Notes: generated by a model from the sequence alone, not told the origin. 64,000 bases of DNA from Isurus oxyrinchus (GCA_026770705.1 JANJGN010000034.1:6510001-6574000); one strand, 5' to 3'; shown: positions 24,708 through 38,858, numbered from the stretch's first letter. Numbers and translations: made by a program.

Positions 24708-26770
24708 GTAAACAATCGGTTAAAAAAATGATAGCTCTTGGGAACGAGGGGTTTAAAAGAGTCAACATTTCATGCCCGCCCAAACAGGATCAGAAGGAAA
24801 TTGTTAAGCTATAGTACATGCTGGAAGTTAAGCTTTGTATAGACATGAACTATACCGTTTGCCATGTCGAACTAATTTACTTCAGATAACATTCACCAAA
24901 TTCAACTGAGCAGTTTTTCAGTGCGTGCTGCCATCAGGGCAAGGAATGTAATGTTTGGGAAATTGAGTTGTCTAAACAAATTAATTAAATGGGAAGCGAA
25001 CATGCTTTCCAATCCTAAGTCTGACAAGGTGTGTCAGTGAATTCAAATAATTATAGGATTTTATTATTCTTGGTCTCATGCGCCATTGGAAAATTGGCAA
25101 ACAAATGTTCAGAGCCAAACTCACAGCAGTAGGAAGTATAAACATCTAACAGTCAGTGTATTTAAGGCAACATACCTGGATCATTGCAATCCAAAGATCA
25201 CGGCTATGGCAGCCAAATTAACCTCTGTCAATGGCCATTCACCAATTGCACAGTTGCATTGGCATTGAAATGCAGCTGTGCATGCTCTCATGGAAACTGT
25301 GGATATTTTTTTCCTGGGGGAAGCCAATCGATCAGCAAATACAGGCTTACTGGCGTATACAGAATTTAACATGTGACCATACAGGCAATCAAAAAGATTT
25401 CAAGATCGTGGGAGAGGCCAGGAGCACTCATTTGGATTCAGTCCATGATATTCAATCCCCATGAAGGCACCCTCGGGTAAATGAAAGAATCTTTGTCGGA
25501 AGAGGCTTGTATTCTACTAGATTATGATCCGAGAACATAGAGCTGCTTAGATATCAAAAAATCCAAGAAACTGTTAGATATGTTCACTATGCAAGACAGC
25601 AAGCCAATCTTATTTAGCTTTAGAAGTATATCACAACGACACTCTCATGATGAGAGCATCGGACTCAAGTGATGCACTTTTATATTTCGGTCAGAATCTT
25701 GTGCTACACATCTCTCACCACGCAAAGCCCATTCCGCTACTGCAACCCTCACTCCGCCTCGCACCATCACCACTAGGTTGGAGGGCAGTGCGGTTGGAAC
25801 AGGTTGCATCACAGTTCAAGGGAGGGATTCTCTCACGGGTCCTGCCCACTCTGATTTGGATGAGATTTAACTCCAGGACAGGCAGGGCCTAAAGCTGAAA
25901 GCTTGCTCTTGGCCCAGTTCAAGCCCTTAAGTTGCCACATAATGGCCACTTAAGGGCCTTTTCTCTCCCAGGCTCAATTTCGATGCTGTCAGGCAGTTCA
26001 CTGATTGGAGGTGGTGGGGGGTGGTGGGGGGTGGGGGGAGGGGTGGAGAGGAACGGGGGGATGGTGTAGATTTGGGGGGGGGCGCTAACTCAAAAATGAA
26101 GAAGTTTGATCTAGGGTGGGAAGGGGGCAGGACCTTTCCATCAGCAGCTCCCTTCTGGCTCAGCAACTCTCCCCCCATTTGATAGCCGGTGACCTCCGTG
26201 CCTATCCCTAGCTCCCGCCATGCTGGAAGTTTAGCCCTGCGTGTTGCAGTATTTCACATGTAGCTAGCTTGGTAGGAAACTGTGGAAACTGACTACAAGG
26301 TATGGGGGATAATTTGTGACAATTCGTGGCAGAGTAAAGCATCCAGAGTAAAAGGACGTCTTCAAAAAAATGATGCAGTGATACAAATTTGACGTTTGAT
26401 GCAAACTGGGTATCAAAATTATCATTTTGTCCACACAGGGTGTGTTGCCAAATTCAAAATGTTCTCTGGGATATTTGGTGGGCCTGCAAGTCGATGGCAT
26501 AGACACCGAGATAGATGTTGTACTCCACATTTATCTAAAGATTTTCCGTCAATGGATATGCAAATAACTTCATGAAGAAACATCAAATGATCCATGATCA
26601 TTATTACAGAATATTTGTCTCGTGCCATGGAAGAGGGGCCAGGGAACTTCCAATGTTTTTGACCAAGGCTTTCACTTAGTCACAGATTGCATTTATTGAA
26701 ATCTTCCAATCAGAAAAGTCAAGTGCGTCGGTAATGAGTACAATATTCTCTCCGTTCCTTACGCCTGCAG

Positions 26771-26782
26771 AGATCAGGTCAG
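26771..26782 (+). CDS. Candidate microexon, 12 nt, phase 1-1, (E)IRS
   Basis: ttctctccgttccttacgcctgcag|AGATCAGGTCAG|gtgata; good acceptor, modest donor. Confidence 0.35.
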
Positions 26783-28881
26783 GTGATAGTCACAATATAC
26801 TGGCAAACCTTAGAGGAGCATTGTACTAGGTGGGACATAAACTATGTCACAGACTAGTCACACTATTGCAGTCCGATTGTTTTGGCAAAGAAATGAAGAC
26901 ATTAAAGTGCAGAACAGAACAAGATGATTGTATTGCCGTGTTGCACCCTAAAATAACATCTTTAGATATAGTCTATGAATACCAACGTATGTCATTCTCA
27001 GAAGGCATGTTAGGGTGATCCCAGGTTGATGACATCGTTGGCTCGGCGAGCCTTTACTGTCCATGCCTAACAGCCATTGCCAGTTTGATTGTTAGTATTC
27101 CGTGAATTACTATTCATACCAATTTCCTACCTAGAGCCATGAGTGCTCACTGCAAGTTTGCCGCCCACTTTTGACTTAAGTGGACCAATGTGAGCCACGA
27201 CTACTGTCTATCCACCAACTCCTATCCCTTCTTCATTTGTTTGTTATTAAGCAATTAATTGTGTCCTTGCTCCAGGCACCATCCAGACCAGTCACATTCC
27301 TGGATCCAAGCCTGCCGTCAGTGAAACAAGTGGCTGATCCTCTGTTCATCGAAAATATCATGACTATTGCTCTCCCCGTCTTGTTGGCCTATCTGTGCTC
27401 TAGAGAGGTAATCATGTGTTATGCTCTGGCCTCAAATCCCAGATAATCTTTTTCTACGAGTAATCAGAGAGTAATGCTGTCTGAAGAGTGAAATAGAAAC
27501 AGGAGTCTGTTCATTCTTGCCTACCTCTCAGCCGCTCTTCCCCTCTCTCCCTGGATATTCCTGGATATCCTCAGTTTGCCCGATACTACATCACTGAACG
27601 TGCTTACAACAAACCATAAACCTCACTGGTTTACCGTAGTGATGTCGCTTTCTGCTCAAAATGCAAAACACAGAGCTCGTTCTCTCTGCAAATTTCATCC
27701 ATGAACATACACAGATCAGTTCCGTTCACCTTAATACATAGAGATATAAAATAGTAATTTGACACGCCTTTAGAATTGAGAATACTGTCAAGCAGGTTTA
27801 GCAAGAAAGACTTGCAGTCCTGTGAGATCGCAACAAAAGGCAGCATTATTTTGGCAACATAGTGAAAAGACAATTCTTCAGCAGCGTCAAACGTCAACAG
27901 CTTAACCAGGCAGGCCAAATCCAAATGGGCAGCTGACACAAGAATAATAATATGAATGTCCAGGGTGAAGCCCTCACCACTTTCGAAGAAAAAAATAACC
28001 CGTCATTAGTGTGACTTGCAGAAATATGATTAGATGCCTTAAGCGCAAAATGTCAGATGATCTGTACTGGTTTAATGCAATAGTTCCAGCACTTATAAGG
28101 AGTTAATATGCACCAAACTTACAACAACAAAGCAAACCAGTGTCCCCCGGCTTCCTCATTTTGAAAAGGAACTGTCACCGATGGGGATCACGGCAATGGA
28201 CAGTTTCTGCAATGCCCTCCATTTCCTTGATTATGACATGCAGGCATGCAACATTGCTGATCATCAGCACATCTACTAACAAGCACACAAGAGCTATCCA
28301 ATGACAAAGACCCATCCTTCCAATCCAATGCCAGCAAAACATGTCACTTTCACTTGTATCTAAATCGGCTCAGGGCTGTCTCCTCCTGAATAAAGCCCTC
28401 ATGCAGAGGCAGCGCTGAGAAAAAGTGGCTTCCCTGAAACGCTACTGGAAAGAGAAATCCCACTCGAGAAAACAACATAGAATGCCGCCTACCAATGGAC
28501 CTTCAATCAAAAGGTTGCAAGGAACAGTATTGAGCAAAGGTGAAGCGACATGCTAAAAATGTAAGCATGAATCTCTAATGTTGAGTTTGGGTGACACTTC
28601 ATATCACCGGTGCGTTTTGAAATTGAATCCAGTTGAAGAGGTAAGGAAAATCCTTGATGCTTGCGGAGTTTTGATGCATGATATTTACAGACCATCTTCC
28701 ATTGCATAAGGAGATATATTTCTTTAAATGTATCATGTCCGTACAGGTCAAAAAAATGACTACATCAATGATGTCCCATCCGCTCAGTTCCAATGAACAG
28801 GAAAGTCAAAGAAAAACATAGTTGATCAATTCTACATCATCATAACCTAACCTAGGCGAAAAAATTATTTTCCCTTTTCAG

Positions 28882-28917
28882 AACTAAAAGACGTTAAAGA
28901 TAAGCTTAAAGCCAAAG
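28882..28917 (+). CDS. Microexon, 36 nt, phase 1-1, (E)LKDVKDKLKAK
   Basis: ttattttcccttttcag|AACTAAAAGACGTTAAAGATAAGCTTAAAGCCAAAG|gtcaga; 21/36 nt identical to exon 45393-45428, with the same donor. Confidence 0.85.
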
Positions 28918-31328
28918 GTCAGAAGCATAAATGCATCCCATGTTTCATTTGACATTTACATGTTTACCATGAAATCTTCCACGTTATTTTCTCACTGATT
29001 ACTCACGTAAATCTCCCTATACTAAAGACATTACAAGCATTGGGCTAATTTCTCGTGTGCACATTATAGCTTTGATATAGAGGCAATTGAGACTGTGCCA
29101 AAGTGATCTACGGCAGTAATGTCGAACAGGAAATGTTATACTATTCCAAAAAGTTTGGACAATTTTCATTTCTTTATGCAAAAACAATCTGAAGGCGCAG
29201 AACGTACATGACTGGGCAACGATTGCACAGAGATGGAATTTTGTTTCAACCCTCAGTCCACCGGCATGTTCAGACTGTTCTAAATTGTCTCCTTCTGTTA
29301 CTTAATTTTAATTGTTATATTGTTTTGTTTCAAAGTGTAAATGTGCAGTAAATGTAACTTGTAACATAGAAAGTCTGATGTTGCTTATGGAAAATTTCCA
29401 CAAGAGAAGTCAAAAGAAACATGAAGGTGTAGGAAGGACGGTTTGTTCGTCGTTGGTGGTGGTGAATTTAGTTGCTTAGAGAGCTAGCATGCAGATTATA
29501 CTATTCTCAAAAACATGGCCTCGATCCCAATTCAGTGGTTTGGCAAGTGACAGGCAATGAGCTGCTTTTGGGGTGAGAACTGATGAAGAAATATATGATG
29601 ACCAGTAAGGAATGCAACTGAGGATAAAAGAACACAAAAAAGCTACTAAATTGCAGAACTCACTGCCACGTTGCCAGTTTGAGGAAAACACAAGTGTTTA
29701 TTTGAGCAGAACTTGCGTAAATGCATGAGGAAACTAAAGACAAAGTTATGTTCAGATGGTTGAATGACACGATTGGAAAAAAGCCTGAGGTTGAGTGCAG
29801 AAAACGACATAAATTAATTGGCATTTTACTGTGTTACTCTTTCCAAGTAGTTTGTTGGTTGGAAAAAATGCACCACAGGAAACCCCACCACCCGGAAGGA
29901 TATTTGTCTGGTTCGAAGGAAGAATTTGGAATTAAATCACAATGACTTTGCAGTGTGATAGCCTCGTGTTAAGTGAAAAGTTTTAGTTACAAGGAGGATT
30001 GTGAACGACTTCAAGGAACACCAATGTGTCTTGTGCGGTAAGGCAAAATGATGAGTAAGGCTTCAGCTAACTGTTATCGGTGTTCATTGAATACCATTGA
30101 GCTAACTATCGGGAATGCTTCAAATAGGCAGCCGGCTTGATACTACAGATGTTCTGCTATCTTTCAGCATAGATTTCCATTGGCAAATGTAACAGATAGG
30201 CACGCGGTTTTTCAGATATATGCGGAAGCTTCGTCAATAATTCCATATTTTGTTGATTTTTCTTGATACAGTTGGTGGCCTATGCATTTGAGCTCATTCC
30301 AGAAAAAGAGCAAACTGTCCTTTTCTTTCGTGATTCCTTCAAGATGCTCCTTAAAGCATTCCATTCTTTCAATTTTCTTAGGAGTGCAAACATCGCTGAA
30401 AATATGTTTTGAACATCCCTGTTGGACATTACGAATGACAATCCCTATCCTAATATCTTTTTTTTCGAGACATTATTTATATAAGGTGAAAAGGTGATTT
30501 GGAAAGCATAGCTGTTTTTTTCTCAATGGAAAATAATGTGATTTCCATGTTCGTATTTTAAGAATGAAACAATGTTGATAGATCTATATTTTTTTTAAAT
30601 ATTGTCCTGGGTGCTGTTCTTTAAAACGTAAAATTTACTCTCTTTATGTGGTTTCCAGAAAACGTTGTCTGATATCACCAAATTAAAGAGCTTTTGAAAA
30701 TGTGTTGCCTTAAAACGTTCAATTAACGCACGTTTCCACAGCCAGCAAAAATAGTCATTCTTGATTCTGAGGAAGTGTCTTCGCAATGTAATTTCCGTGT
30801 AACAATCATACAAATGCAATTGTTTATTGGTGTGTACGATTGAATTTGTTGTGGGGTGTAATCTGATGCGATCACACTGATTATGATTAAACAAGCATCT
30901 GATGTTCTGAAACCTTTATTAGTGCAGAAATGTTGATGGGTTGTTTGTTTCAAGGCTTTAGGAAATTCAACTGCTCTCATTCACAAATCAAGTTAGATCA
31001 TCAATGATTCAACAAGTGGACGTTAAATTGTTTAGCGGGCAGTATATGCAGCGCGTGTAGGCACTCTAAATCAGTGCAGACCTGACAATGATAATATAAA
31101 AACAAAGTGTGAACAGCTATGCCCTGCCGCTGTTGTATTAATGAATGTGAAGTTATGTATTTACATTATTTGATGCAGAACAAGCACCGCCAGAGAAGAA
31201 CAAACATATGTATACTGCAAAGTCCTTTGCCCCAACTTTCTTCTGAACGTTTGAATAGAATTTAAATGGGATAGAATTTCAGCCTTGTCGCCATGCTTGA
31301 CGGATTGTATTGAAAATCGATATTTCAG

Positions 31329-31355
31329 CTCATGGTGGAATGCATCCAGATGATG
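31329..31355 (+). CDS. Microexon, 27 nt, phase 1-1, (A)HGGMHPDD
   Basis: atcgatatttcag|CTCATGGTGGAATGCATCCAGATGATG|gtaagt; consensus donor, family-typical length. Confidence 0.7.
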
Positions 31356-34300
31356 GTAAGTAGAATGCTCTTGCCTGTAGTTGACTTGGCAGCAGTTTGG
31401 CACTGGTTCAAGAAATGGGCATTATGAAACACCGAGACTGCTTGCAAACAATGGGTGTTTCATAACTAACGAGTTGCTACTTCGAATATTACATCACACC
31501 CAGGGTAGCAATTCCTGCAGCTACAGAGTTTGAAACTGATAGGAAGAAAGACTTACAAAGCATTTCATAGAACTATCACAAACGTCAGCCTGTCCTTTGG
31601 TCTGTGCTAGTGTGCATGCCCACAGGACCATCCGCAGGCCCTGTTTAATTTATTTTCACTGGAACGTGCATCAATCAATTTCCTTCCATCTGCATATCTG
31701 TTTTTTTTTTCCTTAAGCGACTCAATGTTATTGGTCCCAACTACGACAACAGGGGCTGTCTTCAATATTCAGGCAATTTATTATCCCAGGGCGTTTGCTT
31801 GGGAGAATTCTCTTTTGTGAGGAAAATTATATCGCAATGCTCCCTGAATTTCTATGCGATAATTTTGGCAAATTAAAAGTTAATAGGTTATTTTAATCTT
31901 GTTTCAATGCCACACTACCTTTGAGATCCATATACAATCCTTGAGCGATGTTATGGAGGGCTGACTGCAGCCCACATCCAGGCTCAAGGGCATTTTGAGC
32001 ATTTACGGAGCAGTTCAACTGTTACAATCGTATATCGTTTCACTGCACTCTTAAAGATAGTGGTAGTGTCAGCTCTATCACTCTGCCTGAGACACTAGTT
32101 GAGGGCAGAGTAGATACGTGTTCGAGGTATATGCTTTGTCACCTATTCTCCATTCACAATTTTTGGGGTTGGGGTGAAGGATCAAAACAGGTCAGGTTGA
32201 AGAAGGATGATTGTGATGACTTCTGTTGCCAAGAAAGAACAGGCACCGATAGCCGAGCTAAAATTTGACTCCTCTGAATGGTCAGTCGCTGTGAATTGAT
32301 GGCTCTTTGGTTCCACTCAGTCGTCTATGCACCTTTTGAGTGCTGGTGATGAATAATGTTCCTTGCCACTGTGGGGCCTTTTGGGCCATGAAATAAATTT
32401 ACTGTCCAATTTCAGCAAAGAGGACATCAGTGTCCTACAAGTTGCAGCAGGTTAAAACGACATGCGAAATGGAAAGTAAGTCCGCATCTGATACTTTGAT
32501 GGAACTACCAAGGGGGACGTTAAAGGCAGCTGAAATTTTGGTGGCTGCGGGAAGACATGACTCTCAAGCTACGTTTTGCGAGGCCTTTGGTGATGAGTCC
32601 AAAACTGTGTGTGGCCTGCCTGGAGAGTCAAAAGCTATCTTGGTGCTGGGACATTTAGGGATTTACGTACTTTCGGTGGTGTATCCGTTGGTGAAGCTCT
32701 AACTTCTGCTTCCTCCCTGTCCATCTTACGTCCTGATGCTTAGAGTCCCATCTCTGCTGCGGAGTGTGCTGCTTTACATCACTACTGGTCCCAAAAGCTG
32801 TCAGTGGAGACACAATATTAGGCGTATGCTTCAATTTGGACAAGAAACTGTCCACAGTTTTTTTTGGCAGCCTCGGACTTCCGGTTGATAGCAAGTTCAC
32901 TTCTGAGTGCTGAAGGCCCCCTCCCCCAACACATGAAAAAAACACCTGGGATACCTAATTATCAAATATCCTATCACCCTGTGCCACAAAGCCTCCTATT
33001 GTGTCTGCAGAATTATTGAATCAGCTATGCTTTGTTCCTTGATACATTCTTCTCTATCTCATTTATTTTTATTTTCCCACTCTCCGACTTTTCCCAAAGT
33101 CTCATCAAGCACAACAACTAAAAACGAGATCGTGTAATTTTTTAAAGCATTTTTAGGCTAACATTTCGACTGATTTTGCGGCCTCCCGTCTCCTTGGTTA
33201 AAAAATGCCAATGTTGGAAACAACACCGCCAGAATGTTTGCTGCCACGATTCACATTCCTTGCACATTCCATCCCCATTAATTAATTAGCGTGTAAGAGA
33301 AGCCAGGGTCAAGAATAAACATTATCCTTTGTTTGACCTGGTATCTAATTGCAAGGCCTTCAATAAAGCCAAATAGCGTACGCTGCTATAAGAAGAGCTC
33401 AAATCTACCTCATAGATTTTATTCATTTCACTTTTGATGGCATGGCCATTCACCCACCTTCTGTCGGTTACAGTCTCCCTTTGAAATACTTGCTGCCTAT
33501 TCCTGACACCTTTTAGCCATGAATATAGTTTTCACATCCCTGTAATTCACTGAAAATATAATGCCAGGCAGAACTTTTCAAAGCCTTCATAACAATGGGA
33601 CAGGCTATCACTCTTTTCCGTTGAATGAATTACACATTGAATATTCAGTAGTCGATAACGTAATGGATGGATATTTTTTTGTAGATATAGCAAAGGTTGG
33701 GTTGGTTCCGAAGAGTAGAAAGTTAAGTGTAAGAAATGTATGATGATAACTCACACACCTGACAGGTATTTCGGAATTAATTTCTAGAGAAGTTATATTG
33801 TGGATGATGCTACCATATGGATGGAGGGATGGGATGGGTGCAACTTAGCAAAGGATAAATGAGTACAGGAGTCAGCAAAATTGATTATATTTTTACAGCA
33901 AAATGGGATGAGGCCTCAGTACAACATACATGCCAGCTTCCAACCCTACGGAACATTTTTTTTTTCTCGCAGTTTTGCTTGTTCTGCATGATTGGATGTC
34001 ATTGTCTGCCACAACAAGTTGCTCTGGTTAATTCTAATTATGAATGCATGTGCACTCTGCTCTCTGATCGGGCCCTTTTTCGTACAATTAACTCATCTTG
34101 AAAAATCATACACTTGAAACTTAAGGCAGCCACTAAAAATGCCTTTTGCATATAACAATGAATAATTCCGCAGTCGTTGTCATATAAACATTTTATCCTA
34201 CCGCCTGCAAACATAATTACAGTAGAGGAATTCGTTACCAGCATTAAAAATAATTTTCAGCTTCTAATACATCGATTATTAGTTGTTTTTCTTGTACTCG

Positions 34301-36829
34301 CTGATCTAAATTAGCTCCAGGTATGGAAATGCCAGGATTTGACATTCCTTCCTTGACTAATCATCTCGCCATGACCTCCCCCATCCTTTGCATTTCTCTA
34401 AATAGCTATGCTTATACATCTCTCGCATTTCTCACACTCTGGAAGACAAAACATAGCAAAAAGCCAGTTAATGTCAATTGTTTATTCTGGTACTCAAATC
34501 TGGAATTGATTCTCTAAAATTGTTCGATTCTACCTCAGTCGCGTTTTTCGAAATGCTCGTAGAAACCCCTCTCTCTTTCCTGGCCTTATGCCTCCTATTC
34601 TCATGCCTTCGAATCTCTTTCGCTGTCAAATTGTGATAACCCCACTGAGGACTTCCTTGAGAAGTTAAAATGAAAGCTTACACGTATGGATGTTAATGCT
34701 ATTACGGTTTAAATGAAATTAATCATATTGCTGTTTGCCACTTATTCAGAAATTCAGAGACTTCTTCAAAAGAAAAGTACGTATCGTGATCTATGCACCA
34801 ATAATTTTGATTGACTGCAGCATTGTCTAAATCTGATCACTGAGAAACATCGACCTCTTTAACTTCATTTTATCAGTGTTAAAACCAATCAAATGTTCTA
34901 AGTAGCATTCCGGCGCTAGCACACAACGGACAACGATCGCCATTCATGTAACCAGCCTAAAAATGAGTTGTTTGTGCTGATGTCGGATGTGACCATAGAA
35001 CGCATGGTTCCGTTTAGATGTGTTCCTATCCCGACGCTACATGAGCCTTATGCAAAAATTAAAGACAATGTCCTAGAATCATTCCTAATAAAAATAACAA
35101 ATCCATAAGATATTGATGAATTAGGTTTATTTTGAAAGCCAACGTTTCACTGCAGTCTAGAAAACTTTGCGTTTGTCTAATGATGGCAACTGGTATTGTT
35201 TTCACTGCAACTGTAACTTTGTGGGACGCTGCAAAATTAAGTGACAGCGAATTAGCTGCCCTGACTTCAGCAACTCGAGTGACATTCCTATTGAGGAAAA
35301 TATACTGTGCCTACGGCCATTTCTTCTATTTCTGTCACTCCTTCTTACCGGTGCAAACACCAGTAGTCGGTTCGCAGTTTAAGTCAATAGTAAGCAAGAG
35401 GCAATGGCAGCTCGGCGTTTTAAAAGGGTGAAACTGACAGCAGTATCTAGATAATTTATTTTAGCACCTTAGCACGTAAAGAAAGACATCCTGTTTTTCC
35501 ACAGAGGGACATACATCTTAACATTATTTTCATAATCTGGAATGCTGCAGCAAATAGAAACTGAGAAATTTAGACACGAGATCCGCACGGACACTCCTGC
35601 AAGCAGAGTTAAGAGGGTTTGTTATCGCTCAAACACTTTATTCAAACTTACCCAACCTCGGCTTTATTTTGCTCTGCGTACTTTGAAATAGATTAATATC
35701 AAGCACTTTATTTTTCGATTTTTCTAGTTTTAATTTTTCTTTCTGAGTAAATTTTCTCAAAACTGAACAGTTAGGAAGCCGAGCTGCTAACTGATCTGTT
35801 CATGGAAGCCACATGTCCCCCACTCACACATATTCCAGAACTGCTGTATTCAGTGCCACTTGGAAATAGACCAGAAATAAGCGGAGATTTCCAATCACAA
35901 CTCCTCGAACGCCATGCTTGCATCTGTCACCACTGCTAAAAATGTTCATTGTTCTCTTGCCATCATGGGATAATAAATAATTATATATATGCATGTTATT
36001 TAAAAGCGCAGTGCCCATTAAATGGGTAATTAGATGAAAAGTAAATGTAAAACAATATTGGTAAAAATGAGTAAACGTACGAAAGAAGATGTTAGAACAC
36101 GAATTAGGAACAGGAGGATGACATTCAACTCCTCGATCCTGCTTCGCCATTCAATTAGATCATGGCTGACACTTTTGTAGCCTCAACTCTAGGCTCCACC
36201 TGCCCCAGTTCACTTTTTCCCTTTTGTTCGCCAAATTCTACCTACACAACTGATAATATAATGGTGTTGCATTCAACGGCCTCTATGCGAAGAAAGTTCC
36301 AAAGATTCATGACTCGGAGAGGACGAAAAAGATTTGTGATCTCCGTGTTAAGTATGATAGCCCTTGATTTCAAACTGTGACCCCGAGTTCACCTCTCTGC
36401 CACAAATGGACACGATTTCTGCCTCCACGCTCTTAGGTCCCCTCAGGATCTTACATGCTTCAATAATATCATCTCTCGTTCTTCTAAACTCCAACTATTA
36501 CAGACACAGCCTATCCAAACTTTTCCAGTCAGCTAATCACCCTCCCAGCCTCATCCCAACTTTCAGCCAAGTTAATTTTCTCTGCACTGCGTCCAACACA
36601 TTTGTATCACTTACTGAATTAAAATAGCGGCACTGTGCACAGTATTCCACAAGTAGTATCAGCAACGCCTTGTGTAATTGGTACAAATAGGAGAAAAGAA
36701 CACCAGGTGTTTCTGATTGAATTTGATGGAAATGTATTGGAGCACAATAGGAGATATTTATAGCTGTGGAAAATATCCTGTATGCGCTGATTAGCTAACA
36801 TGGTATTCCATATATATATATTTTTTTAG

Positions 36830-36856
36830 TGGAAACACTGGTTGAAAATGAGAAAG
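36830..36856 (+). CDS. Microexon, 27 nt, phase 1-1, (V)ETLVENEK
   Basis: ctaac branch-like motif, then atatttttttag|TGGAAACACTGGTTGAAAATGAGAAAG|gtatgt; 18/27 nt identical to exon 38859-38885. Confidence 0.85.
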
Positions 36857-37917
36857 GTATGTAGCAACAGACAATGTTCATGCATTTACTATGTTTTAAT
36901 CAGGTTGAAAAAGAAGAAACATAGAGACATTAGCAGATCTGTATCACCGTTATGCAAATACAAATTCGAAAGTGATGCAGCAATTGGAATCAAAAGCTGT
37001 TCGTTATATTTCAAAGTGTAACGGAAAATAAACGGGCCAATGTTAAATGGAATCACTGCCAAAATAAAGAGGAACTGGTTATGCCGAAGGCGCAAAATGC
37101 TAAATAAAGGAAGCAGACGTACAGCTGCAACTTTAGCCTGAACCATTTGGATCTAGCGAATTATTTGGGTTGCGTGTTGCATGTGATTTTTTTCATTCTT
37201 TTAGTAAGCACACAATTTAATGGACAACATGTTTTCATATCGTTGGTATGCAGACCTGATTCAATTTCTACAGAGAAATGCAATTTTACATAGTTTAAAT
37301 GTAGTTGATGCTTTCAAGCCCTGTATCTTCAATTAATTATCCAACATAGCTTGAAGTGTGTGCAGCTGCATCTGTAATGTGCAATTGTGAAATGAGTTAT
37401 CATAAATGTAAGAAAATATTTTGGGTAGAGGTTCAGCTTAGGCAATAATAACACAATTTAGGATCAAACGGAGCACAAAAATACATCCGGTTCAATTACA
37501 CCAGTTTATCCCTTACGTGCAGTATGTGATTTGATTGCGTTGACATTTTTTAGCGACATGAGTTTCCTGCAATGGGCATTTAGTCTGGGAGTTGAAGCCA
37601 ACAGTGGAAAATCGACCAATGGTTAACTTCTTAGCCACAGTAAATATTAAATGGCCTTGCAGTTCGGTGAATGGGGATATATTTTTCTTTTCCGTGCGAC
37701 AGCAATTACCAGCACTGAGAATGAGATAATGGTGTATATCCACAGCGTGCAATAGATTGAGTGTTCGTCGGCAATAGATGTTACACATTTCCCTTTATAT
37801 ACTGTCATGACAAAGCTTTGGGGCATATGAAATGTCACCTGTGTCACTTAATGCGTAACTTGACAGATATAGTGTTGTTCGCAATGTTGTTTGTGACGAT
37901 TTAACGTTTCTTTTCAG

Positions 37918-37953
37918 AACTGAAAAGGTGTGAACGTCAGCGGGAGGCAAATG
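37918..37953 (+). CDS. Microexon, 36 nt, phase 1-1, (E)LKRCERQREAN
   Basis: ttaacgtttcttttcag|AACTGAAAAGGTGTGAACGTCAGCGGGAGGCAAATG|gttaga. Confidence 0.82.
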
Positions 37954-38858
37954 GTTAGAGACAACAATTTGTGAAATCTGTATCCTTGTGAATAAAGATG
38001 AAGCGTTGTTGATTTATGACAAGGATCGGATCCTCAAATTTTTGAACGGAGGTCCAAATAGCTCGTCGTAGCTCCCAACTCTACCTTTACACGGCAGCAT
38101 TTGCAATAGTGTATTATTATTATTAAAAAATGAAATCATAGAAATTTAAAACACAGAATGGGACTTCTCGGCCTTTTAGCTTGTTCCAGCTCTTTTCAGC
38201 AGCGATTCAATTAAGCCTACTACTCTCTCTTCACCATTGTTATCCTGTTTCCAAGTAATTAGATGTTCCCTTTTTGGAGTTAAGTGCGACTCATCCCACT
38301 ATCGTTGCATGCAATGAAATCTATACCAGAACAATGGGATATGAAATATACTCTTGCTGATCTTGCGCCTGTTTACTTGTCTTAATTATTGACAAAATGT
38401 GAAGTGTACATTTTCCACACTTTCTATTAAGAAGAAAACAATCGTTATTAGTTCCATTCATTGGCACAAAATTTTCGATGCATCTTCTAATTTGCCCATT
38501 AACGTTTTCACGCCTAAACAGGAAAAAATCACAGTTTCTCCTCTGTCTCAAAGAATGTGAAACCCATTAACGATTGAGACATTCTATTTAAACAGTGTGT
38601 TCTGCTGCATCAATACTCTGTTTTTAAATATCCATCCTAAAAGTCTTAAACTCATTCCCCATCCTCATTCGTTTAAGGGAATCATGAAATCCTCCCTATT
38701 TACTCATTGTTTTGATCATTCGTGTCAATACGCGCTAACATGACTTGAAGCTGAATTTTATATGCCAATTTTCCTGCCAAATCTTTGATATATGCACTCT
38801 GTTAAAAAGGCAGAGAAATGTTTTTATTGACTTATATCTCTGTTAATTTATTTCACAG

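Noticed and set aside
26264-26299. 36-nt AG..GT segment with a good donor (gtatgg)
   Set aside because: In-frame TGA in phase 1 and no similarity to the 36-nt exon family.
28633-28640. Segment before the strong donor gtaagg at 28641
   Set aside because: The nearest acceptor gives 8 nt (frameshifting) with a poor pyrimidine tract.
29370-30037. Open phase-1 segments 29370-29426 (57 nt) and 29987-30037 (51 nt)
   Set aside because: Each has at least one weak splice site and an atypical length; plausible by chance.
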